From assembly GCA_963788655.1 (NCBI GenBank), contig CAWBHS010000087.1, positions 96,001 through 160,000 of the forward strand: a DNA stretch of 64,000 nt, given 5' to 3'. Position numbers and translations under genes: made by a program. The stretch is from an uncultured Verrucomicrobiae bacterium. GTDB lineage: Bacteria > Verrucomicrobiota > Verrucomicrobiia > Limisphaerales > JAFGQR01. A model generated the notes under the pieces. It had not been told where the DNA came from. It saw only the letters and a list, made by a program, of their open reading frames with translations, and did not search any database. The stretch's first letter is position 1. Every line of letters begins with the position of its first letter. Below are positions 42,799 to 53,679 of the stretch, piece after piece.

Positions 42799-45700
42799 AA
42801 GTAGAACTTGAGGCCGGCCACGAACGTGCGTTCGCGCGGCAACTCGTGGTAGAGCGTCAATGGATTCAGGCGATAATCCCGGTCCGTGAGGTTCAGCAGG
42901 CCGACCTGTGCTTCGGCGCGGCGATGGAGAAACCGGTAACCGAGATAGACATTGTATTGCCAGAAGTCGTCGCCGGGTAATGGCTGCACATAACCGTGAT
43001 TGGACTGCTTCGACCAAAGGGCATCAAACTGCGCGAAGAACCCGCAGCGATGATTGTAAATGCCCGCCAGGAGAACTTGGTGCAACGTCGCGTTTACGTC
43101 CTGATTGTAGTTGGCCACGCCGGGGATGCTCGGGGAAAGGTCCTTGAACTGCGTGGTCATGTCGGCGTCCGTCCACCGGTAACGCACGCCCAACGAAAAG
43201 CCCTGACCGAGCAATTGGTTGGCCGCCACCACGAGCGATTTCTCCTGATAATCCAACGACTGCCGAGTGCTCGAAGGCGCGTCGGGAATGCGCGTGTTCA
43301 CGACGCTGTTGGTCACCATGCCCACCGTGCGCGTGGCATCGGAGTTCAGCAATTCGCCTTGCACCAACAAGTAAGTGCCAGTCTTTCGGATGACTTGGTC
43401 GAGTGCGAGTCCCCAGGTTTCGAAACGAGTGCCCGGCACCAATCCGGCAGCGGACTCCGGCGCCAGACTCCGGTAGGCTTGGGTGAAGCCTCCGATTTGG
43501 GTCGGTTCCAGCCGCACACTCGTATCAAAAAATACTCCGCCCAACGAACGCGTGTAGGCGCCCCGCAGATGCGTGCTGGCGAAGGGTGTCCACTCGATGC
43601 CCGCCTTGGGCGAGAACTGGTCCTTGGTGTCTTCCTGATCTGAGATGGGCGCGGTGTCGATATTGCGCGGGTAGTGCAGCCGGTCGTAACTCACACCCGC
43701 AGTCAACCGCAGCGAATCCAGGACCTGGACGTGTTCGTAAGCATAAACACTTACCCGATCCAGGTCCGCATTCACGCTTCTGGGAAATGGTGCGCGGCGG
43801 CACCGGTATGCCGCCGGGAAACGTGTGCGTGAGCCGGCTTTCCGTATCGGCCCAAGCGGTCTGGTAACGACCGCCGGCAATCAGCGTCTGCACCGGCGTC
43901 TGCCAGATGTGCTGCAACTCGGCGGAATACACGGTTAGTTCCCGTTGAAAATAACGGGCGTATCGGTCCTGCGGTCGCACCCCCAATAGATTGGTGGACG
44001 CCGCGCCGCCGAAAAGGGAGACGTAATTTTCCAGGTAATAAATGAATGGATCCGGATCGTTCAAGGTCAGCGTGTCGTCAAAGCGTCCGCCCAGAAACAG
44101 CGTATGACTGCCGGGCGCCCATTCGTGGTGGTAACCGACCAACAAGTTCGGCTCCTGCCGCTCGGTGGCACGCAATGTTTTGCTTCCATTGGTCTGGTAG
44201 TAATGTTGGGCGACATCGCCGGATTCCATGTCGAAATAGGCGACTTGCAAAAACACGCTGTCCTTGACGGTGATTTGCTGTTTCACCTGCGCGGACAGAT
44301 ACAATTGTTCCAAATCATTGTTGGGACGGTAACCGCGCTGCGTTCGGTAGCCAGCGTCGAGCGAATAGCCCGTGTTGCCAATCCGACCGTATTGCGAGCC
44401 GGTCTGGAGCCAATCACCGTGGCTCGAATATTCCGTGTGCGAGAACAGGCCGAGATGGTCCGCGTCGAAGAAGCGCGAGTATTCCTGTTGCGAGATGCTT
44501 GGGGACAAAGCCGCGCCGCCGGCAGGCGCCAGCAGGTTGGCCAGCAGCCATTCACTGTACCAGGGCGTTTCATATCGCAGGTTGATGAGCTTGGGATCGC
44601 GCAACGCGTCGTAACTGTTCGCCAGGAACAAGTGCGCGGAGTAATTGCCGTAATCGTAGTTCACGGCGCGTGACGCTTCCTGGGCGCTGAAATCCATGAG
44701 GCCGGCATCGCGGTAAATCGCGGCCAGGTTGGCACTGCGCACGGCTTGATCCTGATCCAGCAGGAGCCGCGACCGGAACACGCTGCGGTTGTCGTTGAGT
44801 TCCTTCGACCGTTCGAGGTCGCTGACCGCTTCATTGACGCGGTTCCGTTGCTCGTTCAGCAACGCTTCATATAGCCAAGGTGTCGGGTCCGCGGGATCGA
44901 GTTTTCGGGCCAGCGCCAGTTCCTTTCCGGCGCGCGTATTATCGCCGACATGACTGAAGGCCTTACCCAGATAACTGCGCAGCACCGAACGTTGCGGTTC
45001 GAGCGTGGCCGCGACCTGCAAATCCTTCAGGCCCGCCTTCGGTTGGCCTCGGCGGATTTTAATCAGGCCCCGGCCCAGCCAGGCAGTGGAAAGCGCGCCG
45101 TCCGCGGCAATGGCCCGGTGGAAGGCATCCAATGCGGCGGCTGATTGATTGCGAGCGGCCAGCAGGAAACCTTGCAAGGCCAATCCCTGGGCATTGCGTG
45201 GAGCCAGGGCCAGCCCTCGATCCAACGCATCCGTAGCTGATGTGGTCCGGCCGAAACCGAATTCGAGTTCCGCCACTCGCACCCAGGCCGCGCCAAACTC
45301 GGGCGCTTGTTGCGCCGCGGCGCGGGCAGCAGCCAGGGCCTGCGGCAATTGCGCGCGGGACTGGAGGTAGTACCGATCGCGCCAGCCATTCACTGGCGGT
45401 GGCAGGCGCCGACAACGTCACGGCTTGCTGTTTCACGGCGGCGATCAATTCACGCAATGCATTACTCGCTGGCGAAGCCGCGTGCATGGCATCTAAATCC
45501 GCCATCGCTTGATCGACCCGACCGGCCGCCAGTAGCAGCGCCGCGTGCCAGGCATGCCCGGCGTCGGTCGTGGGTGGCTGTGCTTCCGGAAATTGTTCCA
45601 ATGCCAGCAACAGATCGCCGCGTTGGTAGGCGTCGAGCGAATCTCGGTAAGCCTCCTTTTCCGGCGCGCTTAAATGCAGGTCCTGGGGGGCCACGACCGC

Positions 45701-46351
45701 GGGATAATACAGAACCCATTGGATAACATTGATGGCATCAATGAGTGGCGCTTTGGTGGGCGCCTGTCCCGGCGACACGACACTTTGTTCGCCACTGTTG
45801 AGCGTGGCGCCGCCTTGGGCATTCGTAAGGTCCACCGCACCTTCGAGCAAGGACAACACGGTGCGGCCATCGGCGGCCACGGCCAGATTGAATTCGGTTC
45901 CGCGAATGGCCCCCGACGCAACCGGCGTGCGAAACTCAACCTCCGTCGGCTTTTCCCGGCTGAAGAAATACGTGGCCCCGGATTTGAGCTCGAGTTGCGG
46001 TTTGCTGGTGGTTTTCCGCGGCGGCTGAATCTCCATGCTGGTGAGTTCATCCACGCGCACGACACTCAAGTCCGACCAGCGCAACGTGGCCCGGCTGCGT
46101 AAGCCGGTGCGGAGGCGGTCGCCGATTTGCAGCACCTGGTTGGTGTGCGCCCGCGCCCAACGCGGTGAACCTTTGGGGGCCACGTCCACCTTGCCCTCTT
46201 TCGTCAGCAACATGCAAACGGGCGGAGCGGCGTCGGCGTTTGCAGTGATGCACGAGAAGGGAGAGAGCAGAAACAACAACCACAGAACGAGCAATGGTCC
46301 AATTTTGGTTGAATGGCCTTCGGCAGGAAAGGCGTCCCGACACTGTCTCAA
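42795..46351 (-). CDS. FecR-TPR-beta-barrel (TonB-receptor-like) outer-membrane protein; frameshifts near 45375 and 43780; start uncertain
   Basis: Signal peptide; FecR (GDRLRTGLRSRA, TPVASGAIRGTEF); TPRs (RSYLGKA, LDPADPTPWLY); NRSVFRSRLLLDQDQAVR; barrel ending AGLKFYF. Confidence 0.85.
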
Positions 46352-46460
46352 AACTCCAAAACTGGCGTAGCAGCCGATGTGAGTCGGCTCACTATTCCTC
46401 GTGTTCCTAAGAAGAGTCAGAGCGGGCTGACGTCCGCGGCTACAGTTTGGAGTTCGAGCA
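46341..46460. repeat. Divergent family C element
   Basis: ACTCCAAAACTGGCGTAGCAGCCGATGTGAGTCGGCTC...GAGCGGGCTGACGTCCGCGGCTACAGTTTGGAGT. Confidence 0.7.
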
Positions 46461-47225
46461 TTGCATTCCCCCTCACCCTGACCCTCTCCCTCGGGGAGAG
46501 GGAACAGCCGCCAAATCCACCGTCTAATCCGAACAGCCCGTGGCCATCCACCGCCAAATCGACCTTCGCCGGGAACCACGTTAAAGATCGTACTGCCATT
46601 CATCTCTCGGCATCGCGGTCGAAGGTGCTCCCTCTCCCCTGGGGAGAGGGCCGGGGTGAGGGGAAAGGAAACGTGCTGTCCCCAGGTCCCGCCCAAAAAC
46701 GCTCTTTCGCTCGGGCCTGCCGTTTTCTGGCAGATGCGCCGTTCGGGCATTGCGTTCCCCCTCACCCTGACCCTCTCCCTCGGGGAGAGGGAACAGCCGC
46801 AGGCTCCAGTCATTAATCCGAACTTTCCCTGGGCATTCACCGCCAACTCGACCTTCGCCCGGAACCGCGCCGCAGCTCGGACTGCCGTCCCTCTCTATGC
46901 TTCGCGGTCGAAGGTGCTCCCTCTCCCCAAGGGAGAGGGCTGGGGTGAGGGGGAAGGAGCCGTGCTGCCGCCAGTACCGCCACAAAACGCTTTTGCGCTG
47001 CCGCCTGGAGTCTTTTGGCAGATGCGCGGTTCGGGCGTTGCGTTCCCCCTCACCCTGACCCTCTCCCTCGGGGAGAGGGAACAGCCGGCGGAACCAGCGA
47101 GTCATCCGAACGTTCCTTGAGCATCCACCACCAAATCGACCTTCGCCCGGAACCGCATCACAGATCGGACGGCCATCCATCTCTGAACCTCGCGGTCTAA
47201 GGGGCTCCCTCTTCCTACGGGAGAA
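46460..47225. repeat. BIME-like tandem array: about 2.7 units of 288-289 bp, each with two inverted family E REP hairpins
   Basis: TTCCCCCTCACCCTGACCCTCTCCCTCGGGGAGAGGGAACAGCCG at 46466, 46755 and 47043; inverted copies near 46629, 46918 and 47205. Confidence 0.9.
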
Positions 47226-47307
47226 CACCAGATTGAAAATCCTCGCTGCGAGATGCTTCGCTTCAGTGGTGGTAAATTGTCTCATCCTGAGCCTGGGTTT
47301 CCGTGTC

Positions 47308-50300
47308 TCATGGCATCATCAACGCCCGGTAGAAACGGGGAGGGCTGCGTTTGGGGACCGGATCGAGGAAGTCAAAATCGCTGAGCGGCGAATTGGTGGT
47401 CAGCAGTGAAAACCACTGCACCAGGTTGGAAGACGCTTGGATCGTAAAACGCATGTCCGGCCGGCCGGTCAAGCGAAGTTGATTGGCTCCCTGGGCATTC
47501 TTCCCCAGCGGTGTCAGGTGCGCCGTGGTGACCAAACTGAAATTCAACTTGAGAATTCCCGTCGCGCCGTTGACCCCGTCCACGACGATGTAATTGGTTT
47601 CGCCCGCACGAACCGGCACCACCAGGGCGCTGTCCTGGCCGTCCAGCCCGCTGTTGTTGTCGCAGCCGAGCACCGTGAGCATATTGGGATGCGCCGGATC
47701 ACGGCCAGCCACCGCGATCACGGTATCGAAGGAACTGCCGTCGGTATTGAGAAACAAGTCGCCGGTTTCCTGCGGCACGAAGGAGAGCCATTGCGAGGCG
47801 CCACCGGCCACGTCGCAAATCGGTTCCTCGTTAAGTTCGGTGGCGCTACCGGCGGTGTTGAACACCTGGGATCCCGAGTAGCCGCTGACCACAGAAAACG
47901 AAGCCACGCCCGAAGCACCCGGAGGCGCACCGAGGATTAGTGGATTAGGCGCCAGGACGGCATCCAGGAACTTATCCGTGGCATGCGCATCTTCGAAGCT
48001 GAATCCGGTCACGTTCAGTTGCAGACTGGCCGGCAGACTGTCCACCGTGCGCGTCTGTTGCGTGACTTGAACGGTGTAGTTGCCGACGACTTCCGGCCGT
48101 GCATCCGGAATGGTCAGCATGGCGTTGGTCGCACCCGGGAGGGGTTGCCCGTTGAGGAACCATTGGTACGTCAACACGTGTCCGTGTTGCTGGCATCGAT
48201 ACGCATACTTGCCGTCCTTGTTGTAGGTGTATTTGCAGACGCCAATGGCATCCACGGCGAAGGTTGCGGTCGCTCCGGGAGGCACGGTCAGGTTAACGGG
48301 GTGGCTGCGAATCACCGGGAGCAACGAGGACGTGGCTTCGAATTCCCAGTTAAACACGAAGCTGCCAACCGCGCCACCAAAGCCATCAATCAGGATGTGA
48401 TAGTCCTTGCCGGCCACGGTATTGAAGCGGATGCGGCTGGTATAAAAACCGCCGCGATCCTCATCGCTATCCACGACCGTCAATTGGTCCACGGAAGTTC
48501 CCGTATAGACGCCCAGTAACGTGTCGAACGTGCTGCCCAGCGTAACAAACGTGGCAATGCCCATGGCCGGCGCCCGCCAGGTGTACCAAACCGATTTGCC
48601 GCCCGTCTTGCCCGCCGGGGTGGGTTCGCCCGGCTCGCGCGTTGCGGTGAAGTTGTTGCCGGATGTCGTCCCGCTATCCTTGGAGAGCGGAACCCGGTCC
48701 ACAAAATTGTCGCCTGCCGACAGCACGGTGAATTGCAGCGCCAAGGTGGTCGCCGAACTGACAACGGCGCCGTAATCATTCAAGACGACCACGGAGTAAC
48801 TGCCGCCATCTGACAAAGCCGCGGAGGGAATGATCAGGCAGACGTCGGTGGCTCCGGGAATATTTACCCCGTTGTGCCGCCATTGGTAGCGCAAGGGCTG
48901 GCCGCCGGTTGCGTCCACGCAGAACATCACCATCCCACCAACCGTGGACTGAGCGCTTTGTGGTGGTTCGATGATGACCGGGGCCCCGCCGGCCAGCACG
49001 GGAACCGAAAACTCCGACGTGTTGCCGTCCGGGTCGGTGGCGGTGGCGGTGATGAACTGCGGCTGGGGCAATACCAACGGAACATTGACCGCAAAATTTC
49101 CGGCGCCGCTGGCGTCCGTGGTCACCGTACCGGTGCCGATCAGCGTTTGGCCTTCACTCGGCCCGGCGGTTCCGGCAGTGTCATTCACAAAGAACTCGAG
49201 CCGGAAGATCGTATGGGCCGCACCGTTCAAGCTGCCCTGAATCGTCGCCAGCCCGCCAACGGTTTGAATCGAATCGAGCACTGGAGCGTTCTGCACGTTG
49301 TTGGGACCCGTATCGGCGTCTCCGGGATCATTGGCAGTCTGGCCATCCGCTCCCAAATCGATGCCCAGTTCGGCATTCGCAAAGATGGCATTGCCGAGAA
49401 TCGCATTGTCGGTACCGGCGGCCGGTTCCAGCGTTACTCCATTGCGGCCATTGAACGCGATTCGGTTTCCGGCACCATTCGTGGAACCGCCAATGGTATT
49501 GCGGGCGGCGCCGTTGTCCAAGGTAACCCCATCCAAGCCGTTACCCAAAGCCGACGTGCCATTGGTGGCCGTGCCGATGAGATTGCCTTGCACGAGGTTG
49601 CTGACGGCATTCACGCCCGCCAACCAGATACCGCTTCCGGCATTTCCTGAGATGACATTCCCCGAACCCGGTGCCGCACCCCCAATAACGTTGCCGGCCG
49701 AACTGACATAGATGCCCGCCTCGGAGTTGCCCCTCGCTGCGGTGCCGGCGGCATCGGGGCCGAGGAAGTTACCCGCGATTACATTGCCTCCCGGCCCGGC
49801 TACGCGAATGCCCGTGGCAAATCCATGCAGCACCAAGCCCCGCACAATATTGCCGCCCGACGTCAACACCAGGCCGTCAACCCCACCGTTGACCGGCGAA
49901 GCCGTGGTGCCGGGAGGCGCAGCGGTGGGAAGCGTAGCCTGACTGCCATCCAATTCGACCACTGGCGCACCGTTGAATTCAAGTTCGGACCAGCCATCAA
50001 TCGTGACGGAATCGGTGATCTCCGGCAACGGCGAGAGCAGGTGAATCGTGTGCGGCGCCGGCCCTGGGAGCGCAAAAACAATCAGGTTAGGTTCCGGCGA
50101 GTCATTCGCATTGATCAAGGCTTGCCGCAGCGAGCCAGGGCCTGAATCCGCGAGGCTGCTGACGGTGATCGTGTATGGGATCACGGTGACCACGAAGGTG
50201 CATGAATTGGAATTCCCGGAAGCGTCCGAAGCGATGCACGTAACCACCGTGTTGCCCACGGCAAAGGCAGTGCCCGCGGCCGGTTGACAGATTACGGTTG

Positions 50301-52713
50301 GGTGCGGATCACAATTGTCGCTGGCTTGCGGCGCCGGATAATTCACAACCGCACTTCCAGAGCCGGTTGGCAGTTCGGAAACAATCTCGTCCGCCGGGCA
50401 CACGATTTGCGGCGGCACATGATCATAGACGGTCACCGTGAAAACGCATTGGCTCTGATTGCCACTGGCGTCCGTGGCAAGGCAGCTAACGGTCGTGGTT
50501 CCCAGCGCAAACACAGAACTGGAAGGCGGCACGCAGAGAACCGTTGGCGCCGGATCACAAACGTCAGTCGCACTGGTTGTGAAATTGACCGGGGCGCCGC
50601 TCGCGTCCACGCAGGGCACGGATATGTTCTCTGGGCATTGGCTGATGGGCGGGGTGGTGTCCAGCACGCGGATGGTCTGATGGCACGTGGCCTCGTTGCC
50701 GCAGGCATCGACCGCAATCCAGGTGCGCGTCGCCATGAAGACGGTTCCCGGTTGCTGATTGGTAATCGTCATCACCACGTGGATCTGCACCGGTTGCGCC
50801 GAACAATTGTCCGTAGCCGACGGCGGATCGAAATCCCAAGTGTCGCCGCATTCGACTTCGCGGTCAGCCGCACATTGGCTCACCGGCGGAACTTGATCGT
50901 CCACTGTGATGGTTTGCGTGCAGGTGGCGGTGTTGCCGCAAATATCAGTCGCCTGATAGCGGCGTGCCACGAGGTATCGGTTGGGACAAGACTCGGCGCT
51001 GATCTCATCGCCGACCCATTCGACCGTCACGTCTCCCTGGCAATTGTCGGTGGCACTGACGAGCCCAGTGTTGGGTGCCGGCACGTCCGCCGCGCAGTCC
51101 ACCGTGACTGAGGCCGGGCAGGTAACCACAGGTGGGACTTGGTCCTCCACCGTGATGGTTTGCGCGCAAACGGCGGTGTTGCCGCAGACGTCAGTGGCCT
51201 GGTAGGTTCGCATCACGGTATAACGATGCGGGCAGGTTTGGCCAGATATTTGGTCTTCGAGCCAAACAACCGTTACATCGCCAGGGCATTGATCGGTGGC
51301 GAGGACGTCAACCACATTGGGCGCCGGGACCATTTCGTCGCAGTCCACGGTGAGCGGAGGCGGACAGACGATCAGGGGCGGTGTCTGGTCATTCACCGTA
51401 ATGATCTGGGTGCAGGTGGCCACGTTTCCGCAAGCATCGGCGGCATCGTACGTGCGCAGAATCGTGTAGCGGTTCGGACAGGTTTCGCCTTGCCGGTCAT
51501 CTCCGGCCCATCGGACCGTTACCCACCCCTGGCAGGCATCCGTGGCGACTATGGTTTGAACATTGGGCTCCGGCACCTCGCCGCAACCGACGGTGAGGTC
51601 GGGCGGGCAGTGCGTCAGAACCGGTGGCGTGGAGTCCGCGACCGTGATGTGCTGGGTGCAACTGCTGGTATTTTGGCAATCGTCCCGAGCCGTCCAGGTG
51701 CGGGAAATCACGCGCTCCGTAGCACAGGCGCCTGGCGTCACGCTATCGGTGTAAATAATGGAAAACAACAAGTCGCAATTGTCGATGGCCGTCACTTGAC
51801 CGGTGGCAGGAGGATCGGTCGGCTGACCGCATTCCACCGTCACATCCGGAGGACAGTTCAGAACCGGCGGGGTGAGGTCCAAGACGGTGATGCGCTGATT
51901 GCAAAAGCCAATGTTGCCGCAGGCGTCAGTTGCAGTCCAACGGCGGATAATAATCAGTGATTCCGGACACGTTGCCGTCTGATACGAGTCACTGAATCCA
52001 ACCATCGGTTGAGGATCACACGCATCGGTCGCAGTCGCCTGGCCCACGGATGCCGGATCGGTTGAAACATCGCACTCGATGCTCACAGCGGGCGGACACG
52101 CCACCAGCGGTGGCTCGCGATCCAGCACCGTAATGTGTTGGATGCAGGAAATTTGATTGCCGCAGTCATCGGTGGCGGTCCAGGTACGGAAGATGACTTT
52201 CTCCTGCGGACAGGAAACGGGGCCTTCTACATCGGCATGGACGAGGGCAACCGTTGGGCCACAATTGTCCGTCGCCGTGGCTTCGCCCGTAGCCGTCGGG
52301 GCGGTGGCGTCACCGCATTCCAACGTGACATCTGCCGGACAGACAAGGACTGGCGGTCTGGAATCCACCAGCGAGATACGCTGCACACAACTGGTAGAGT
52401 TGCCCGAATGATCGGCGGCCAGCCAGGTGCGGGTGACGATCTGTTTTACCGGACAATTTCCCGCGGTCACGGTGTCACTGAAGGTAATCGTCGGTTGGGG
52501 GTCCATCGCGTCGAGGGCCATGGCCCGTCCGGTCGTGGCCGGATCCGGCGCCTGGTCGCACTGGAGGGTGGCATCGGACACACAAAGAATAACCGGGGGT
52601 GATACGTCAGTCGGGGGCGCGGCTTCCGGAGAGGCTGCCCTCAGGGGCAGGGAAACTCCCAGAAAAGCCGCAGTGGCCGCGGCACTCGCGAGGATGTGAA
52701 TGATTGATTTCAT
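47308..52713 (-). CDS. Giant secreted protein (about 1,800 aa): ten Cys-rich HYR-like repeats, beta-helix, Ig-like domains, C-terminal FYR domain
   Basis: Signal peptide MKSIIHILASAAATAAFLGVSLPLRA; PPV.CP.D.TVEC repeats; DSGPGSLRQA, GNVISGN, DPDGNTSEFS, YQWRHNG; ends RFYRALMMP. Confidence 0.88.
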   Translation of the reverse strand: MKSIIHILASAAATAAFLGVSLPLRAASPEAAPPTDVSPPVILCVSDATLQCDQAPDPATTGRAMALDAMDPQPTITFSDTVTAGNCPVKQIVTRTWLAADHSGNSTSCVQRISLVDSRPPVLVCPADVTLECGDATAPTATGEATATDNCGPTVALVHADVEGPVSCPQEKVIFRTWTATDDCGNQISCIQHITVLDREPPLVACPPAVSIECDVSTDPASVGQATATDACDPQPMVGFSDSYQTATCPESLIIIRRWTATDACGNIGFCNQRITVLDLTPPVLNCPPDVTVECGQPTDPPATGQVTAIDNCDLLFSIIYTDSVTPGACATERVISRTWTARDDCQNTSSCTQHITVADSTPPVLTHCPPDLTVGCGEVPEPNVQTIVATDACQGWVTVRWAGDDRQGETCPNRYTILRTYDAADACGNVATCTQIITVNDQTPPLIVCPPPLTVDCDEMVPAPNVVDVLATDQCPGDVTVVWLEDQISGQTCPHRYTVMRTYQATDVCGNTAVCAQTITVEDQVPPVVTCPASVTVDCAADVPAPNTGLVSATDNCQGDVTVEWVGDEISAESCPNRYLVARRYQATDICGNTATCTQTITVDDQVPPVSQCAADREVECGDTWDFDPPSATDNCSAQPVQIHVVMTITNQQPGTVFMATRTWIAVDACGNEATCHQTIRVLDTTPPISQCPENISVPCVDASGAPVNFTTSATDVCDPAPTVLCVPPSSSVFALGTTTVSCLATDASGNQSQCVFTVTVYDHVPPQIVCPADEIVSELPTGSGSAVVNYPAPQASDNCDPHPTVICQPAAGTAFAVGNTVVTCIASDASGNSNSCTFVVTVIPYTITVSSLADSGPGSLRQALINANDSPEPNLIVFALPGPAPHTIHLLSPLPEITDSVTIDGWSELEFNGAPVVELDGSQATLPTAAPPGTTASPVNGGVDGLVLTSGGNIVRGLVLHGFATGIRVAGPGGNVIAGNFLGPDAAGTAARGNSEAGIYVSSAGNVIGGAAPGSGNVISGNAGSGIWLAGVNAVSNLVQGNLIGTATNGTSALGNGLDGVTLDNGAARNTIGGSTNGAGNRIAFNGRNGVTLEPAAGTDNAILGNAIFANAELGIDLGADGQTANDPGDADTGPNNVQNAPVLDSIQTVGGLATIQGSLNGAAHTIFRLEFFVNDTAGTAGPSEGQTLIGTGTVTTDASGAGNFAVNVPLVLPQPQFITATATDPDGNTSEFSVPVLAGGAPVIIEPPQSAQSTVGGMVMFCVDATGGQPLRYQWRHNGVNIPGATDVCLIIPSAALSDGGSYSVVVLNDYGAVVSSATTLALQFTVLSAGDNFVDRVPLSKDSGTTSGNNFTATREPGEPTPAGKTGGKSVWYTWRAPAMGIATFVTLGSTFDTLLGVYTGTSVDQLTVVDSDEDRGGFYTSRIRFNTVAGKDYHILIDGFGGAVGSFVFNWEFEATSSLLPVIRSHPVNLTVPPGATATFAVDAIGVCKYTYNKDGKYAYRCQQHGHVLTYQWFLNGQPLPGATNAMLTIPDARPEVVGNYTVQVTQQTRTVDSLPASLQLNVTGFSFEDAHATDKFLDAVLAPNPLILGAPPGASGVASFSVVSGYSGSQVFNTAGSATELNEEPICDVAGGASQWLSFVPQETGDLFLNTDGSSFDTVIAVAGRDPAHPNMLTVLGCDNNSGLDGQDSALVVPVRAGETNYIVVDGVNGATGILKLNFSLVTTAHLTPLGKNAQGANQLRLTGRPDMRFTIQASSNLVQWFSLLTTNSPLSDFDFLDPVPKRSPPRFYRALMMP

Positions 52714-53028
52714 TACGCTCAGGGTTCCTTTGGGGCCGCTCCCCCGGTTCCTTAATTTTTCTGATTTAAGCAGTCTGCTTATGGTAAGCTTGAGCAAAGC
52801 TTTCTATAAGTCGCCTCAAATTGCAATTTAAAACTGCGGGGCGGTTCCGTGCTTGGTCGCGGAGCGGCAAGCGATCCGAACGGACTTTAAGAAGCCAGCC
52901 TCCCTGGGCCAAGGAACATGACCGTTCGTTGTTCCTGGCGAGTTTGGCGCTTACGACCAGGATCCCTTGGAATCGCGCGGGCGCTGCACGGATGCGGTGG
53001 CGCGCACTCGCTAAGCCGTGACTATTCA

Positions 53029-53161
53029 GTAGGACAGGCGTCCCGCCTGTCCCGAACAAGTGGAAACCAACAACTTGTAGCACGGCGCCGCGAGTGTTTC
53101 TATGTCACCAAACGGTGAGGATGCCTTGGGCTATTCGAGACAGGCGAGACGCCTGTCCTAC
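53029..53161. repeat. Family A REPIN-like element
   Basis: GTAGGACAGGCGTCCCGCCTGTC...GACAGGCGAGACGCCTGTCCTAC; shares flank GTGAC(C/T)ATTCA with the copy at 4032. Confidence 0.88.
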
Positions 53162-53341
53162 CACGCCGAACTGCCTCATCGCAGCACCAGCTACTGAATT
53201 GATATGGCTAAGCCTTGGGTTGGGGTTGGGGTTGGGCGTACGGGCACTTCGACAGCGATTTCATTCTTTACGACCTCAAAAAGGATGCCTGGGGGGAGCC
53301 AATTTTGCGGGCGCTGATCCCGGCGGCCAAGCTGTGACCAT

Positions 53342-53665
53342 TTAATTCAACCAAGCGTATGCATCGGTGTGAATTCGTAAACGTGTCGGTTCCCACTTTT
53401 CAAATGTTTCTTCCGCATACCCCAAGTTGGAGACGATCGAGCGGCTGCCCATCGCCAACTGTCGTAGCATCCACGCGTAAGTCACCGTCGTACCGAACGC
53501 CCGGCGGATAAGATTCATGGCGTAATTTGGATGCAGGCCGTTGGTTTCGGCAATGGTCTGGGCTATGAGCGGTTCCTGATAATTGCGTGCAATGTAACCG
53601 GCAAGTTGATCGGCTCGCGACAGCGTAGGATCGGGAGCCCGGCCGGTTGGACGCTTCGATATCAG
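53342..53665 (-). pseudogene. Start-less chimeric fragment: AraC/MelR-like HTH joined to a possible REP-associated transposase tail
   Basis: Manual translation: LSRADQLAGYIARNYQEPLIAQTIAETNGLHPNYAMNLIRRAFGTTVTYAWMLRQLAMGSRSIVSNLGY; absent from ORF track. Confidence 0.6.
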
Positions 53666-53679
53666 CTACAGGGTTCTAC

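Noticed and set aside
46460..47225. CRISPR array
   Set aside because: Period is 288-289 bp, linkers are homologous to one another, repeats alternate in orientation and no cas genes are present
46352..47285. Protein-coding repeats (FPLPEGEGQGEG, LTLTLSLGERE) extending the FecR ORF
   Set aside because: These are translations of REP hairpins upstream of the signal peptide
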